Sequence record: NC_031127.1
Reading direction: 5' to 3' (one strand)
Length of the DNA: 64,000 bases
Shown here: piece by piece, positions 54,376 to 63,984 of the stretch
How positions within the stretch are numbered: the first letter of the stretch is position 1
How the letters are laid out: every line of letters starts with the position of its first letter
Position numbers and translations under genes: made by a program
The notes under the pieces: model-generated
Seen by the model: only the letters and a program-made list of their open reading frames with translations
The model's database searches: none
What the model was told of the DNA's origin: nothing

Positions 54376-55131
54376 ATGACCGAAGTCACCCCAACCAAAC
54401 GCACGCCGAATATCTTCGATGCACCCGATATCCATATCCCAACCATCGTCATCGGTATCGACGCCGAGACTAAGTCAACCCGCGCCGATGCGTATCCGGT
54501 TGCCATTGGGGCAGGGGCATGGGACATCGCCACAATGCGTCTTATCGCGACGCATTACCAGACCATCGACCCGAACGATGAGAAGGCCAAAGCCATCTTC
54601 CATGAAGACCCATACACCATGGCGTGGTGGCGTGGGGAAGGGGATAACCCAGACTATGCTCCATCGCGTGAAGCGTATGCCGAAGCATTCTCCGGCACCA
54701 TGCCGATGCCAGAAGCGTTGTGGGGGATGTACAACTTCCTTGAGAAGTTCAAATCTCACAAGGTTGCACTGACTATGCGTGGCCCAGAGTTCGATCAACC
54801 GATTCTGATGAACGCCTTTGCCCAGTGTGATGTCCCGACGAGTCTCCTGAAACGTTTCTCAATGCTGGACTCTGACCGGACGGCTGAGCGTATTATGCAC
54901 GCTTTCAACCTGACGCCGGACTACCGTGCGGAATCACATAACTGGACGCGCGGTAAAGACGCTTATCTGCACCATGCCTGTTTTGATGCAGCGCGTGAAG
55001 GTTACATTACTGCCCGTATTTATCACTTAGCGCTGGTTGCGCGGTTGCACGGCTTTGACCGTATGCTTGAAGCGCACAACCAACTGATGACCGGTGAATA
55101 TACGGCTATGGATTATCTGAGAGAGGAATAA
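54376..55131 (+). CDS. DEDDh-family 3'-5' exonuclease
   Basis: GIDAET (ExoI), GPEFD..IL (ExoII) and H.ACFDA (ExoIII). Start reassigned to 54376 (SD caggag). Confidence 0.85.
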   Translation: MTEVTPTKRTPNIFDAPDIHIPTIVIGIDAETKSTRADAYPVAIGAGAWDIATMRLIATHYQTIDPNDEKAKAIFHEDPYTMAWWRGEGDNPDYAPSREAYAEAFSGTMPMPEALWGMYNFLEKFKSHKVALTMRGPEFDQPILMNAFAQCDVPTSLLKRFSMLDSDRTAERIMHAFNLTPDYRAESHNWTRGKDAYLHHACFDAAREGYITARIYHLALVARLHGFDRMLEAHNQLMTGEYTAMDYLREE

Positions 55132-56651
55132 TGGACGTTAAAGAGTACGATCATGTCGTCGTCTATACGGACGGTAGTCGTGTAGGCCCTCCAAATGGTA
55201 CGGGGGGCGGTATCCACGGGTACGCTTTCAACAGTGGGGTGTTAAATGAAAACACCCCGTACAGCCTGCCGGACGTAGAGGAGTGTGTCACGACCAACGG
55301 GTACAAGAAGTTCCCGAAGGACATTAAGAAGCCCACGGTACCTGAAACAGTTGATTTCTTCGACTGTGTAATTCCCGTTCCGGCGGAGTTCTGGTCGGAC
55401 GTGGCAGAACTGATGGCATTTATCAGTCTCTTTGAAAACTCACCTATCCTTGCCAAGAACTACACCATCTATATCGATGCGTCTTACGTGGTCAACGCGT
55501 GGAACGATTGGATGGACGGATGGCGTAAGCGCGGTTGGACGAAGGCAGACGGTACCCCGATTGCTAACGTCAACCTTATCAAGAAGATTGATGAGATTAA
55601 GACCCGTTTGCGTCAAGAAGGCCGTTCTATCCGCGTGATCAAAATCAAAGGCCACGCAGGGTTCTACGGTAACGAGCGTGCAGACATGATGGCGCGTAAA
55701 GCCTCATCAATGGTTGCTGCGGGTCAAGGGGTTGAGTACCGTCCGTTGTGGAGCGTCTCCGGTGAGCTGCCTGTGGAACCCGAAGCTGAGGTCATGGGTA
55801 GCGACGGCAGTTTACTCAACATGCCAAAAATCACCAACACGAAGTTCTGCTATCCGTTAGTGAATGAGGAACACCCAACCTTGTCCATTAACGGTGAAAG
55901 CTGGAAATACATGTTCGGTGGGAACCACGCAAAGAACAAGGAAGATATCGTGTTCATCGGTAAGATGATACCCGATGCGCAGTTTGCGGTGTTCCTGAGT
56001 AAAGACGGTTGGGATAACATTTACCAGTTGGTCAACAAGCACAACGAATTGGCGTGGGATAATATCCCGCCGATGAAACGTTATGACCCAATTGCCATTG
56101 TGTACAACACGATGATTAAGCGCAAGAAGTTCCAAGACGCTGCGAAAGAAGGGTTGCCGGTTAATCTGATGAAATTCAGTGAAGACGGGAACCTGTGGAT
56201 GTACGATGACCTTGCAATTACGCGTGTCGTGCGCCCAGCGCTGCTCTCTTACCGTGCGTTGGAAATCCGTGATGAACTGGCTGCCTTTTTACGCGACGGC
56301 GTAGAAGACCGCTCAAGCGTTGTGCTGAACGATATCACCCATCTGCTATTTGATGAGAAAGACAAGCCGGTGAAGACCTTCTACCGTAATGTCGATGTCA
56401 GCTTCAACGTGAAGGTCAACTACCCTGAAAGTGACAAGCAGATTCCGATTATCCTGACCCGTAATATCGACATGCCGGATCGTACCGACATGAACCGTAT
56501 CATGGAGCCAGGCGGTAAATGGTACGTGGCTTGTCGTCGTCCCCAGAAACGTTGCGTGGAGTTTGCTGTAGTCTACATTGGTAAGGAATACCATGGACTG
56601 TGGTGTGGCTATTATGCCAACAAACGCATCCTGAGAGAAGAGGAAGTGTAA
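55131..56651 (+). CDS. rnhA: Ribonuclease H with C-terminal extension
   Basis: YTDGS, AEL.A, IDASYV, W..GW...GW..ADG.P+AN, KGHAG..GNERAD. TAATG overlap with the exonuclease gene. Confidence 0.9.
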   Translation: MDVKEYDHVVVYTDGSRVGPPNGTGGGIHGYAFNSGVLNENTPYSLPDVEECVTTNGYKKFPKDIKKPTVPETVDFFDCVIPVPAEFWSDVAELMAFISLFENSPILAKNYTIYIDASYVVNAWNDWMDGWRKRGWTKADGTPIANVNLIKKIDEIKTRLRQEGRSIRVIKIKGHAGFYGNERADMMARKASSMVAAGQGVEYRPLWSVSGELPVEPEAEVMGSDGSLLNMPKITNTKFCYPLVNEEHPTLSINGESWKYMFGGNHAKNKEDIVFIGKMIPDAQFAVFLSKDGWDNIYQLVNKHNELAWDNIPPMKRYDPIAIVYNTMIKRKKFQDAAKEGLPVNLMKFSEDGNLWMYDDLAITRVVRPALLSYRALEIRDELAAFLRDGVEDRSSVVLNDITHLLFDEKDKPVKTFYRNVDVSFNVKVNYPESDKQIPIILTRNIDMPDRTDMNRIMEPGGKWYVACRRPQKRCVEFAVVYIGKEYHGLWCGYYANKRILREEEV

Positions 56652-57403
56652 TGCAGAAGTTGCACAGCCAAACGCTTGTGATGCACACCGCGCAGTTGGT
56701 GGAGTCGATGGCGGACTACGCGTTTCTCACGTATGTGAAAGACCGTGCACGGTGTCAGGTGGAAGGGATTCCACCGTTTGATTGTCGTGAGATTGGGAAG
56801 CAGGCCATGGCGGAAGTCGTGGCTGAACTCCTGCTCGATGCGATCATGGGAATTAACGCCAACACCGGTTTCAGTTATCGCGGCGTCGTGAAGATGCCGG
56901 TTATCCACACTGAGAAGTATCAGAACTGGCGTGATTCAGGTAATTGTGGGATGTTCACCATCGAAGAGATGTTTGACGCCCATTGTCGCGAGTTACCACT
57001 GGGGCCACTCATCGAAGGCGCTATCCGCTGGTACACCAGTGAGTTTGTCAACGAGATCATGGCACTGATCAACAACGATTGGTACTGTGACCGAGAAAAT
57101 GAACTCGTTATCTTTACCAATCGTGAGTTGCTCGTGAAGCAGATTCTCAACGGGACGGTGGTGTTGCCATTGCTGGCGAAGGAAGATTACGAATTTGCCG
57201 CTGAGGCGGACAGCTTCGAAGCAATTCGTGACGAAGTCTTCCAATGGCCATACTCGTTTGTCACCCAAAACGAGATGAAGGTGTTGCACGAACGTATTCC
57301 GTCTTTCATCCTCTCGCCAGAAGACCAAGATTCCGATGAAGATCCTACGGTCGAACTCTACGTCTTGAAGCCAGAAGTGATTGATAGAATCAAAAAACTC
57401 TGA
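56651..57403 (+). CDS. Hypothetical protein
   Basis: Start reassigned to ATG 56651 (TAATG overlap, SD gagga). Confidence 0.7.
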   Translation: MQKLHSQTLVMHTAQLVESMADYAFLTYVKDRARCQVEGIPPFDCREIGKQAMAEVVAELLLDAIMGINANTGFSYRGVVKMPVIHTEKYQNWRDSGNCGMFTIEEMFDAHCRELPLGPLIEGAIRWYTSEFVNEIMALINNDWYCDRENELVIFTNRELLVKQILNGTVVLPLLAKEDYEFAAEADSFEAIRDEVFQWPYSFVTQNEMKVLHERIPSFILSPEDQDSDEDPTVELYVLKPEVIDRIKKL

Positions 57404-57424
57404 GATAGATATTATCTTGGTGAG
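57402..57424 (+). promoter_or_regulatory. Variant copy of early promoter motif
   Basis: gagatagatattatcttggtgag versus cagatatatattacctaggtgag, in an intergenic position. Confidence 0.6.
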
Positions 57425-57445
57425 CAGTCTATAAGGAGTATCAAA

Positions 57446-58180
57446 ATGCTTCGTGTCAACACCCCCGAACTCCTTCTCTTTAACCCCTCGCTTGTCGAGG
57501 GGTTGTTCGACAAGATGTGGGAGCGATACTTTAGAGAGGAGATGAATTCTGACCCGTGGTGGGAACGCTACCGTGGTGACTTCTTTCTGGACTCTTCGCA
57601 GATTACGCTGGATGTGTTCAGCCGCTGTGTCGAAGAAGTAGTACAAGCTGCAAACCTGCGTCGTCCGATGGACTTCAATTACATCACGTTTGATTTTTCA
57701 TGGTACATGGACAATTACAACTACGAATGTGATTTGGGGATAGACGACCAAGAGAAGATTGAAAACAAGATGTTTGATTTCTTCCACTTTGCAATTAACC
57801 AATTGGTTTCACAGGAGTTCTTAGATGCGGCATGCAAACGACTAACCCCGACATGGGAATCCTTAACGGAACTCGTGGGGCAGCGTGGCATTGTGGGCTT
57901 CTGGTACGAACCCTGTCAAGGCCAGATGCACATGGACTCAGGACGTGACCACGTCTGGGCGGTGCAAGAAGGGGATTATGACGCTGAGCTGTATGCTGAG
58001 TGGCAAGGTGCGGTTGCAGGCACACTCTTTTACCACGCCACCATTGGCGATGGTAATGAGTTTTATTTATTTAATGGGTCGCTTATCCAAGACGGACAAA
58101 CACTTGACCACATCCCACTTGGGGAGATGGTGACACTGTGTCGTCTGACTGAACAAGCACAAACTATCATTGACCTTTAA
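57446..58180 (+). CDS. Hypothetical acidic protein
   Basis: 244 aa with SD aaggag. Confidence 0.75.
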   Translation: MLRVNTPELLLFNPSLVEGLFDKMWERYFREEMNSDPWWERYRGDFFLDSSQITLDVFSRCVEEVVQAANLRRPMDFNYITFDFSWYMDNYNYECDLGIDDQEKIENKMFDFFHFAINQLVSQEFLDAACKRLTPTWESLTELVGQRGIVGFWYEPCQGQMHMDSGRDHVWAVQEGDYDAELYAEWQGAVAGTLFYHATIGDGNEFYLFNGSLIQDGQTLDHIPLGEMVTLCRLTEQAQTIIDL

Positions 58181-58192
58181 GGAGTATCTACC

Positions 58193-58561
58193 ATGAAACT
58201 TGATCAAGCTATCCAACAGTATGTTACCCAATTCGACCGACACGGCCTGTTCCTGCTGCGCTTCACTAACGAAACCCAACTGCTGGAGCACAACCCAAAA
58301 ACGTTTGCCGTGGTGTATGAAAACGACGGCATCGGTGAACCAGAGCGTATGACGCTGCGTAAGCTGCGTCAAGATGCCATTGAAGCCAAGGTCGTTCATG
58401 TTCAACCTGTCGTCTGTGCCCAAGGCTGGCCGGGTAAGCTCGATGTCGAAGCAGACGTGGTGTTAACTGTCGTGCAGGACGGTGACGTGCGTCGACTGGT
58501 GCCTGTAAAATGGCGTACCCTTGACACCCTGCCAGACGGCGTTGAATTCACGGAGTTGTAA
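58193..58561 (+). CDS. Hypothetical protein
   Basis: 122 aa with SD aaggag. Confidence 0.75.
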   Translation: MKLDQAIQQYVTQFDRHGLFLLRFTNETQLLEHNPKTFAVVYENDGIGEPERMTLRKLRQDAIEAKVVHVQPVVCAQGWPGKLDVEADVVLTVVQDGDVRRLVPVKWRTLDTLPDGVEFTEL

Positions 58562-58563
58562 GT

Positions 58564-59301
58564 ATGGATATGCGTCCCGTCAGGTTATACCTGCTGACGG
58601 CGCTTCACGATCATTTGATGCGTCTCGGTGAGGCGCGTCATATCGCGAAGACAGCGTATCTGATGATTGCGCGAGAAATCGCGCGGTCTGACTTACGTGA
58701 CCGTCACAAATGGCTGTTAACGGATGTGTGCGAGCGTTTGAAAGCACGCGTCTATTCGGATGAACTTACCCGTGCCCTTTCCTACGTCTGGGTCTATGAT
58801 GACATTCGGGACGAATCCTTTCTCGACAACAGCGCACGGGTGGTTAAGTTAATCGAACGGGTGACCAACGATTACTACGCAACCACGGGTGGCCTCACAA
58901 CCGAAGTGAATATCCAAAGCTCCATCTTGGATTCGCTTCGTGAGACTGCCAATCATCTCGATGCGCCCATTCTTTTTTCTACCGACTATGACCTGTTGCG
59001 TTTTCGCATCTGGTTTACTGGGGAAATGGATGACGTCGACATGCACGAGCTGTGGTGTCATGACGTGCACAGCATGGATGAATGGACGTCCCTGCTTACG
59101 ACCTACCCATCGGAGAAATACTTGTGGCGTCAAGATCACGAGCCGCTGCTTCCAGAGAGATTAGATGAAGAAGGTTACGACATCGAAGCGTTCTGGAAAA
59201 ACATCACGATTCTCAGTTTGGACAAGCTCTACGTCGAAGCGAAGGAGCGTCTGTGCTCCGAGGATGAAGACCGATGCGAACTGTACACAGCTATGCACTG
59301 A
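58564..59301 (+). CDS. Hypothetical protein
   Basis: 245 aa, 2 nt after the upstream stop. Confidence 0.7.
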   Translation: MDMRPVRLYLLTALHDHLMRLGEARHIAKTAYLMIAREIARSDLRDRHKWLLTDVCERLKARVYSDELTRALSYVWVYDDIRDESFLDNSARVVKLIERVTNDYYATTGGLTTEVNIQSSILDSLRETANHLDAPILFSTDYDLLRFRIWFTGEMDDVDMHELWCHDVHSMDEWTSLLTTYPSEKYLWRQDHEPLLPERLDEEGYDIEAFWKNITILSLDKLYVEAKERLCSEDEDRCELYTAMH

Positions 59302-59690
59302 TGATGTTCCAAGCGTGGTGGCCAAAGCTCACGGAAGGGATTATTGGCGTGTCGGGGTGGGAATATGTGCTGGTGACCTCGTACCTGATAGAGTGTGCGA
59401 AGAACGGCCTTATCCTGCCCAGTGAACGTCGTCAGGCGATGCTGATGGAGAAACTTGACTCCATGTATCCCGCGGCGATGTTCCAACACCGTAAGCATTT
59501 GTTCCATGCTGCGCTTGTTGAGTTAGGTGATGAACGTACTGCGATTATCGTGAAGAAAATACGCGATGAGATGGTTAATGTGTCACGCGAACTTAATCTG
59601 GTTTGGGTCGGTGTGTCGTACACACCGTTAGATGTTGTTCGTTGTCGTTACCAAGTTAATTTCGCAGCCACAACCCGAGGTGTTGCATGA
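59301..59690 (+). CDS. Hypothetical protein
   Basis: Start reassigned to the TGATG overlap at 59301. Confidence 0.65.
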   Translation: MMFQAWWPKLTEGIIGVSGWEYVLVTSYLIECAKNGLILPSERRQAMLMEKLDSMYPAAMFQHRKHLFHAALVELGDERTAIIVKKIRDEMVNVSRELNLVWVGVSYTPLDVVRCRYQVNFAATTRGVA

Positions 59691-60226
59691 AAGTATTATT
59701 AGACTTCTCGTTATCAGAATCGCGGGCAAAGCTCGATGCGGTTTTGCTGGCGATGAAGAAGTCATTGGAGTTCGAAGTCCACAACGCGCTCGCGGAGTAT
59801 GAGCGTACGTTAAAAGTGGAAACGGGCGATACCTATTGTCTGGTCGATGCCGAGGGGATTGTCAAAACCACGGTCGATGGGATGATTGATAAAGTCCGTA
59901 ACGTCCTCAGTACCCCACTGCCAGTTATGGTGGCACACTGGGACGATGGGGCCGATGTACTTGACCTGATTCGCGATGCCTTTGAGAAAGGTGCAGCGAA
60001 CATGGAAAGTATGGCACTGGGTGATGCTACCGAAGTGTACGTGACCGTCCCGATGAAAGAGGGCGGTAACAACTTTGAGATGGTGTCTCTGCACGAGGTG
60101 CTGAACACGGCCAATTCGCAGGCGATTGATAAGATACTGAACGACGCGTGTGTTAAAGTGCGCGACATCTGTATCAAAGAGATTGTCTACATTCAGGAAA
60201 AACTCTTGAAGGGAGCTACCTGGTGA
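59687..60226 (+). CDS. Hypothetical protein
   Basis: 179 aa with ATGA overlap and SD gaggt. Confidence 0.7.
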   Translation: MKVLLDFSLSESRAKLDAVLLAMKKSLEFEVHNALAEYERTLKVETGDTYCLVDAEGIVKTTVDGMIDKVRNVLSTPLPVMVAHWDDGADVLDLIRDAFEKGAANMESMALGDATEVYVTVPMKEGGNNFEMVSLHEVLNTANSQAIDKILNDACVKVRDICIKEIVYIQEKLLKGATW

Positions 60227-60825
60227 AACTCCACATTAACCTGACCCCCAGTAACTTTGAAAAGCACTGGCCGGAAATGATGATGCAAATCCGTGAGTCG
60301 ATGGATGCGTTCATGCATGAGTTTACCGGCTTGGCGGTAGAAGACAACAAACTTCTCACGCTGCCACTCTGGTCTGTTTTGTTTGATCCGATATCGCGGT
60401 TGTCTAACTCCATGCTGACGTTTGAATTTGACAAGACAGACATCGAAGATAAACGTATTGAGAAGAACATCGAGATTATCACCCTCGATACGAAACTCGA
60501 CAGCGTGCTGGAAGACATTCGCGATGCGGTGAACTACGAGTTGAATGAGTTCAAGACATCCACCACTGCGAATGAAGCACTCAACGAATGGTTAAAAGAG
60601 ATGTCTGACGAAACCCGTGGTAAGTTACGGGATGAGTTGGTTGGGTTGGTTCATCGACACATCTCGACACTACTCGATATCCTGTTCGCGCAACTGACAG
60701 CGGAAATCATCGAAATCTCGTTCCGCTTTCGCCCGCGTCCGGTGTTAGTGTCAACGGATGGTGGTACGAAGATGGTAGGACGTATATCGGATATGATTCA
60801 GGACGTCCCTGACGAACCGGCTTAA
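60223..60825 (+). CDS. Hypothetical acidic helical protein
   Basis: 200 aa with GTGA overlap and SD gggag. Confidence 0.7.
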   Translation: MKLHINLTPSNFEKHWPEMMMQIRESMDAFMHEFTGLAVEDNKLLTLPLWSVLFDPISRLSNSMLTFEFDKTDIEDKRIEKNIEIITLDTKLDSVLEDIRDAVNYELNEFKTSTTANEALNEWLKEMSDETRGKLRDELVGLVHRHISTLLDILFAQLTAEIIEISFRFRPRPVLVSTDGGTKMVGRISDMIQDVPDEPA

Positions 60826-60827
60826 CC

Positions 60828-61307
60828 ATGAACGTGTATTTCGATTACGATGACTCGCATATCCGGCAGTTGTGGGTTGATGCGTTTGACAGTATTCGTA
60901 TCGATTTGCAAGAGTATCTGCGAAATCAGATGCGTGAGTGCTCGCACACGGAATCGGTTGTTCTGGCGCAAACGTTGTTACAGCCCACCTATCAGGTGTT
61001 TTACAAACAACACGACACTGTGTTTCGGACGGTCGTGGAAAAGGAAGACTTAGACGCATCGGAGTATTCGTTTGAGCTTGACGATGAAGCATACCGGAAA
61101 CTCATCACCCAGAGTATCGAGGTGTCGGTTGTGGCAACGAAGAAGACGTGGAATGTCAGGACGTTGCCGGTGTTATTCGACCGGGATATCGTCTGCCAAA
61201 AAATCGAGGCCATTCTCTTCGAGCATTTGGATGAGTTTGTCATTGAGTTGGTTGGGTACATGGAAGCCTTTGTCAACGAACTGATAGAGCAACGTCGAAA
61301 TAAATAA
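60828..61307 (+). CDS. Hypothetical acidic helical protein
   Basis: 159 aa, last gene before the terminator. Confidence 0.7.
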   Translation: MNVYFDYDDSHIRQLWVDAFDSIRIDLQEYLRNQMRECSHTESVVLAQTLLQPTYQVFYKQHDTVFRTVVEKEDLDASEYSFELDDEAYRKLITQSIEVSVVATKKTWNVRTLPVLFDRDIVCQKIEAILFEHLDEFVIELVGYMEAFVNELIEQRRNK

Positions 61308-61352
61308 AAAGCCTACCTACTCCATCGGGAGTAGGTAGCTTTATTTTTTTTA
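61298..61352. terminator. Bidirectional terminator (copy 2 of a repeated element)
   Basis: aaataaataaaaagc-ctacctactcc-atcg-ggagtaggtag-ctttattttttt, between convergent genes. Confidence 0.9.
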
Positions 61353-62105
61353 TTTTGAATTGGCCTTTAAGGCTTTCAGTCTATCCCCGGTCTGGCTTAA
61401 TGCTTGAATCAGCTCGTTGTTCTGTTTCATGAACAGACCAAACAGCTCAACCCAATCGGATGCCATGTCCAGCATCTTGACGATTTCAGCAGCGCACTGC
61501 GGATGTACCGGCGTTTCTGCTAACTCATCTGTGCTGGCACCGATGCTGGCAATCAGCTTATCGATATTGCGCTTGAGCTTTTCAGTAACCTCTTTGCTCA
61601 GTGCTTTGCTGCGGTTGAACGCCACATCAATCTCACCGGCATTGTGGAAGACCTTCTCAATCGGACGTTGGTCGACCGACGTTGTGGTGTAAGACGCAGC
61701 CAATTTCTTGACGAGGTCTTTCGGGTCAACGTTTTTGAGCGGGTATTTCAAATCTTTGAAGCGGAAACCGACAGGAACGGTAAGCATTCCTTTGTCATGG
61801 GTAAACGCAGCCAGTTGGCGGTTCACCGGTTCCAGCACGCCATCAATCAGGTTGTCCAGTACAGACCACACCGATTCCAGACGCTGGATATGGTCAATCA
61901 TGTACACGTTCAGACCCGGTGGTACGGTGACAAGCATCCCGGAGAAATGCAGGAACTTCTCTTGCTGCATCCATTTGGACATTGCCGACATGTCATCGTA
62001 GTTTGCCGGTTTGATTTCTTGTTCGCTTCCGTTGAACGTCTTAGGAAGCACAGCCGACACTTTCGAGGCAAAAGTAGAAAGCGCGGCAATCGGGTTCAGG
62101 TTCAT
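61350..62105 (-). CDS. Hypothetical helical protein
   Basis: Start reassigned to ATG 62105 (SD gaggt). 251 aa. Confidence 0.75.
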   Translation of the reverse strand: MNLNPIAALSTFASKVSAVLPKTFNGSEQEIKPANYDDMSAMSKWMQQEKFLHFSGMLVTVPPGLNVYMIDHIQRLESVWSVLDNLIDGVLEPVNRQLAAFTHDKGMLTVPVGFRFKDLKYPLKNVDPKDLVKKLAASYTTTSVDQRPIEKVFHNAGEIDVAFNRSKALSKEVTEKLKRNIDKLIASIGASTDELAETPVHPQCAAEIVKMLDMASDWVELFGLFMKQNNELIQALSQTGDRLKALKANSK

Positions 62106-62196
62106 TTTCACCTCGGTGGAAGGGTAGGCTACATACTAAGTCTTTTTACGGTTAAGCCCTGTGTTATGTAGACGACTAACCCCTGAGGAATTGAAG

Positions 62197-62472
62197 ATGC
62201 AAATCAAAATGTTTACGCGTGCCTTGTCCGCGAAATTCGAACCTGAAATCTATTTCACCCCGCTGCGTAAGGATAATGAAGGCAATCGTGTTGTGGTTGG
62301 TCGTATCCTGAAATCAGAAACGCTGGCTGATGGTAAGCGTCAGTTGACCATCGAAATCGACGATCGTAACAAAAACCGTTTCAAAGACTTGGGCGAAGAA
62401 GCCTGGGTTGAGCAACACTTCGAACTGAATAACAAGCGTCGCCTGATGCTGCCTACCAAAAAACGCGCTTAA
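62197..62472 (+). CDS. Hypothetical protein
   Basis: Start reassigned to ATG 62197 (SD gagga). Confidence 0.7.
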   Translation: MQIKMFTRALSAKFEPEIYFTPLRKDNEGNRVVVGRILKSETLADGKRQLTIEIDDRNKNRFKDLGEEAWVEQHFELNNKRRLMLPTKKRA

Positions 62473-62484
62473 CGGAGTTACGAC

Positions 62485-63984
62485 ATGGCAGGTCCAGCAA
62501 AACAAGTCATGGGTGAGGTGATTCGCCCACGCTTTAACGTCTACACCATTATGGATCATGCGCTTGGTACGTATGTGAAAGGTGAAGACGGCCTCTACTA
62601 CCTGAACGGTGGTTTTGCCCACATCATGGGCTTTGCGGGTCGCGGTAACACCTTTAAGTCGACGCTGATGGATTTCTGCATCTTCCAGATGCTTATCCGT
62701 TATCGTGCTGCGTGGGGGTCGAAGTTCGATACCGAAGTCTCAGCAGCACTCGACCGTCTGGAGCAGGGCTATATCTCTGCACAGAACGCCAACGGTATCC
62801 ACGATGGGTCTTCTGTACTGAGCCTCATTGAAGAAGAACGTTATAACCTCGTGGGTTCTGACGTCATGCCGGGCGAAGAGTATTACGCCAACTACATCCG
62901 TGATGAAGTGGAAGGCCGCTTTAAAGCGTACATGGGCGGCAAGGGTGTGCGTGAAACGCCGTTCCCTGATCCGGTACGCAAACGCAATAAGACCATGAAC
63001 GACCCATGGTATTACTCCATCGACTCCCTGTCTGAGTGGCACTCGTCTAAAATTGAAGACAAGCACTCTGAAACCAAAGTCGGTGATTCAGAGCAGAACG
63101 CCCTGAACATGCGTGACTCACTGGAGAAATCCAACATGATGTCACGTTGGCCGTCAGCGCTGGCTCGTGGTGGCTTCTTCTTAGCCTTCGTTGCGCAGCT
63201 GGCTGATGACTCCGGTAAAGCAATGTCGCAGGGCGGCAAAGGCGCGAAGCCTGCTAACGCCAAACTGCTGGATGATGCGGGCGATGATCTGAAATTCGCG
63301 GGCATCCCACGTCGTCAAATTTCCTTCCTGACCAACTCCCTGCTGGTTGCGACCAAGTCGGGTGAGCTGAAACATGAAGGTAGCTACGACGCGAAGACCG
63401 GCGTCAACGAAGAGTTGTACCCGACCAAACGTTCGAAGGCGATGAACGCCTCGGTGAACGACCTGAAAGAAATCGTCTTCACACAGTATCGTGCGAAGGG
63501 CGGCCATACCGGTGTGAAATTCCGTATGGTGTTCTCTCAGGAGATGGGTCTGCTGTATCACCTCTCACTGTGGCATTACCTCGATAAGGTACTGAAAACC
63601 GAATACGGTTACACCAGTGCTGGTTCAGGTGGCGCTATCAAAGAGCTGGCGATTCTGCCGGGTCTCAAGTTCGGCCGTACGACGATTCGTGACCTCTGCG
63701 ATGAGAACGTGCGTCTGCGTCGTGCACTGGAAATTACCGCTGCGCTGGCGTACATGCAGAACAACTACCACCGTCTGGAAATGAAGTATCACATCTCTCC
63801 TCAGGAATTGTATGAGAAGATCAACGAAAAGTGGGACTGGGACGAGATTCTGGATAACACCGTTGAGTATTGGATGTTCAAAGACCAGGAAGTCAAAGGT
63901 GGTAAACGCACACTGACAGCAATGAGTCTGCTGGCAATGGCGGTGGATGGTCTGGAACCGAAGTTCTTAACCAAGAAAAAGTAA
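62485..63984 (+). CDS. uvsX: UvsX/RecA-like recombinase
   Basis: Walker A variant GRGNTFKST (FKS as in T4 UvsX), FDTE, and Walker B region IDSLS. 499 aa. Confidence 0.8.
   Translation: MAGPAKQVMGEVIRPRFNVYTIMDHALGTYVKGEDGLYYLNGGFAHIMGFAGRGNTFKSTLMDFCIFQMLIRYRAAWGSKFDTEVSAALDRLEQGYISAQNANGIHDGSSVLSLIEEERYNLVGSDVMPGEEYYANYIRDEVEGRFKAYMGGKGVRETPFPDPVRKRNKTMNDPWYYSIDSLSEWHSSKIEDKHSETKVGDSEQNALNMRDSLEKSNMMSRWPSALARGGFFLAFVAQLADDSGKAMSQGGKGAKPANAKLLDDAGDDLKFAGIPRRQISFLTNSLLVATKSGELKHEGSYDAKTGVNEELYPTKRSKAMNASVNDLKEIVFTQYRAKGGHTGVKFRMVFSQEMGLLYHLSLWHYLDKVLKTEYGYTSAGSGGAIKELAILPGLKFGRTTIRDLCDENVRLRRALEITAALAYMQNNYHRLEMKYHISPQELYEKINEKWDWDEILDNTVEYWMFKDQEVKGGKRTLTAMSLLAMAVDGLEPKFLTKKK

Noticed and set aside
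62620-62670. Non-canonical Walker A (GRGNTFKS) suggesting an inactive RecA
   Set aside because: The FKS variant also occurs in T4 UvsX, so it is not evidence of inactivity.
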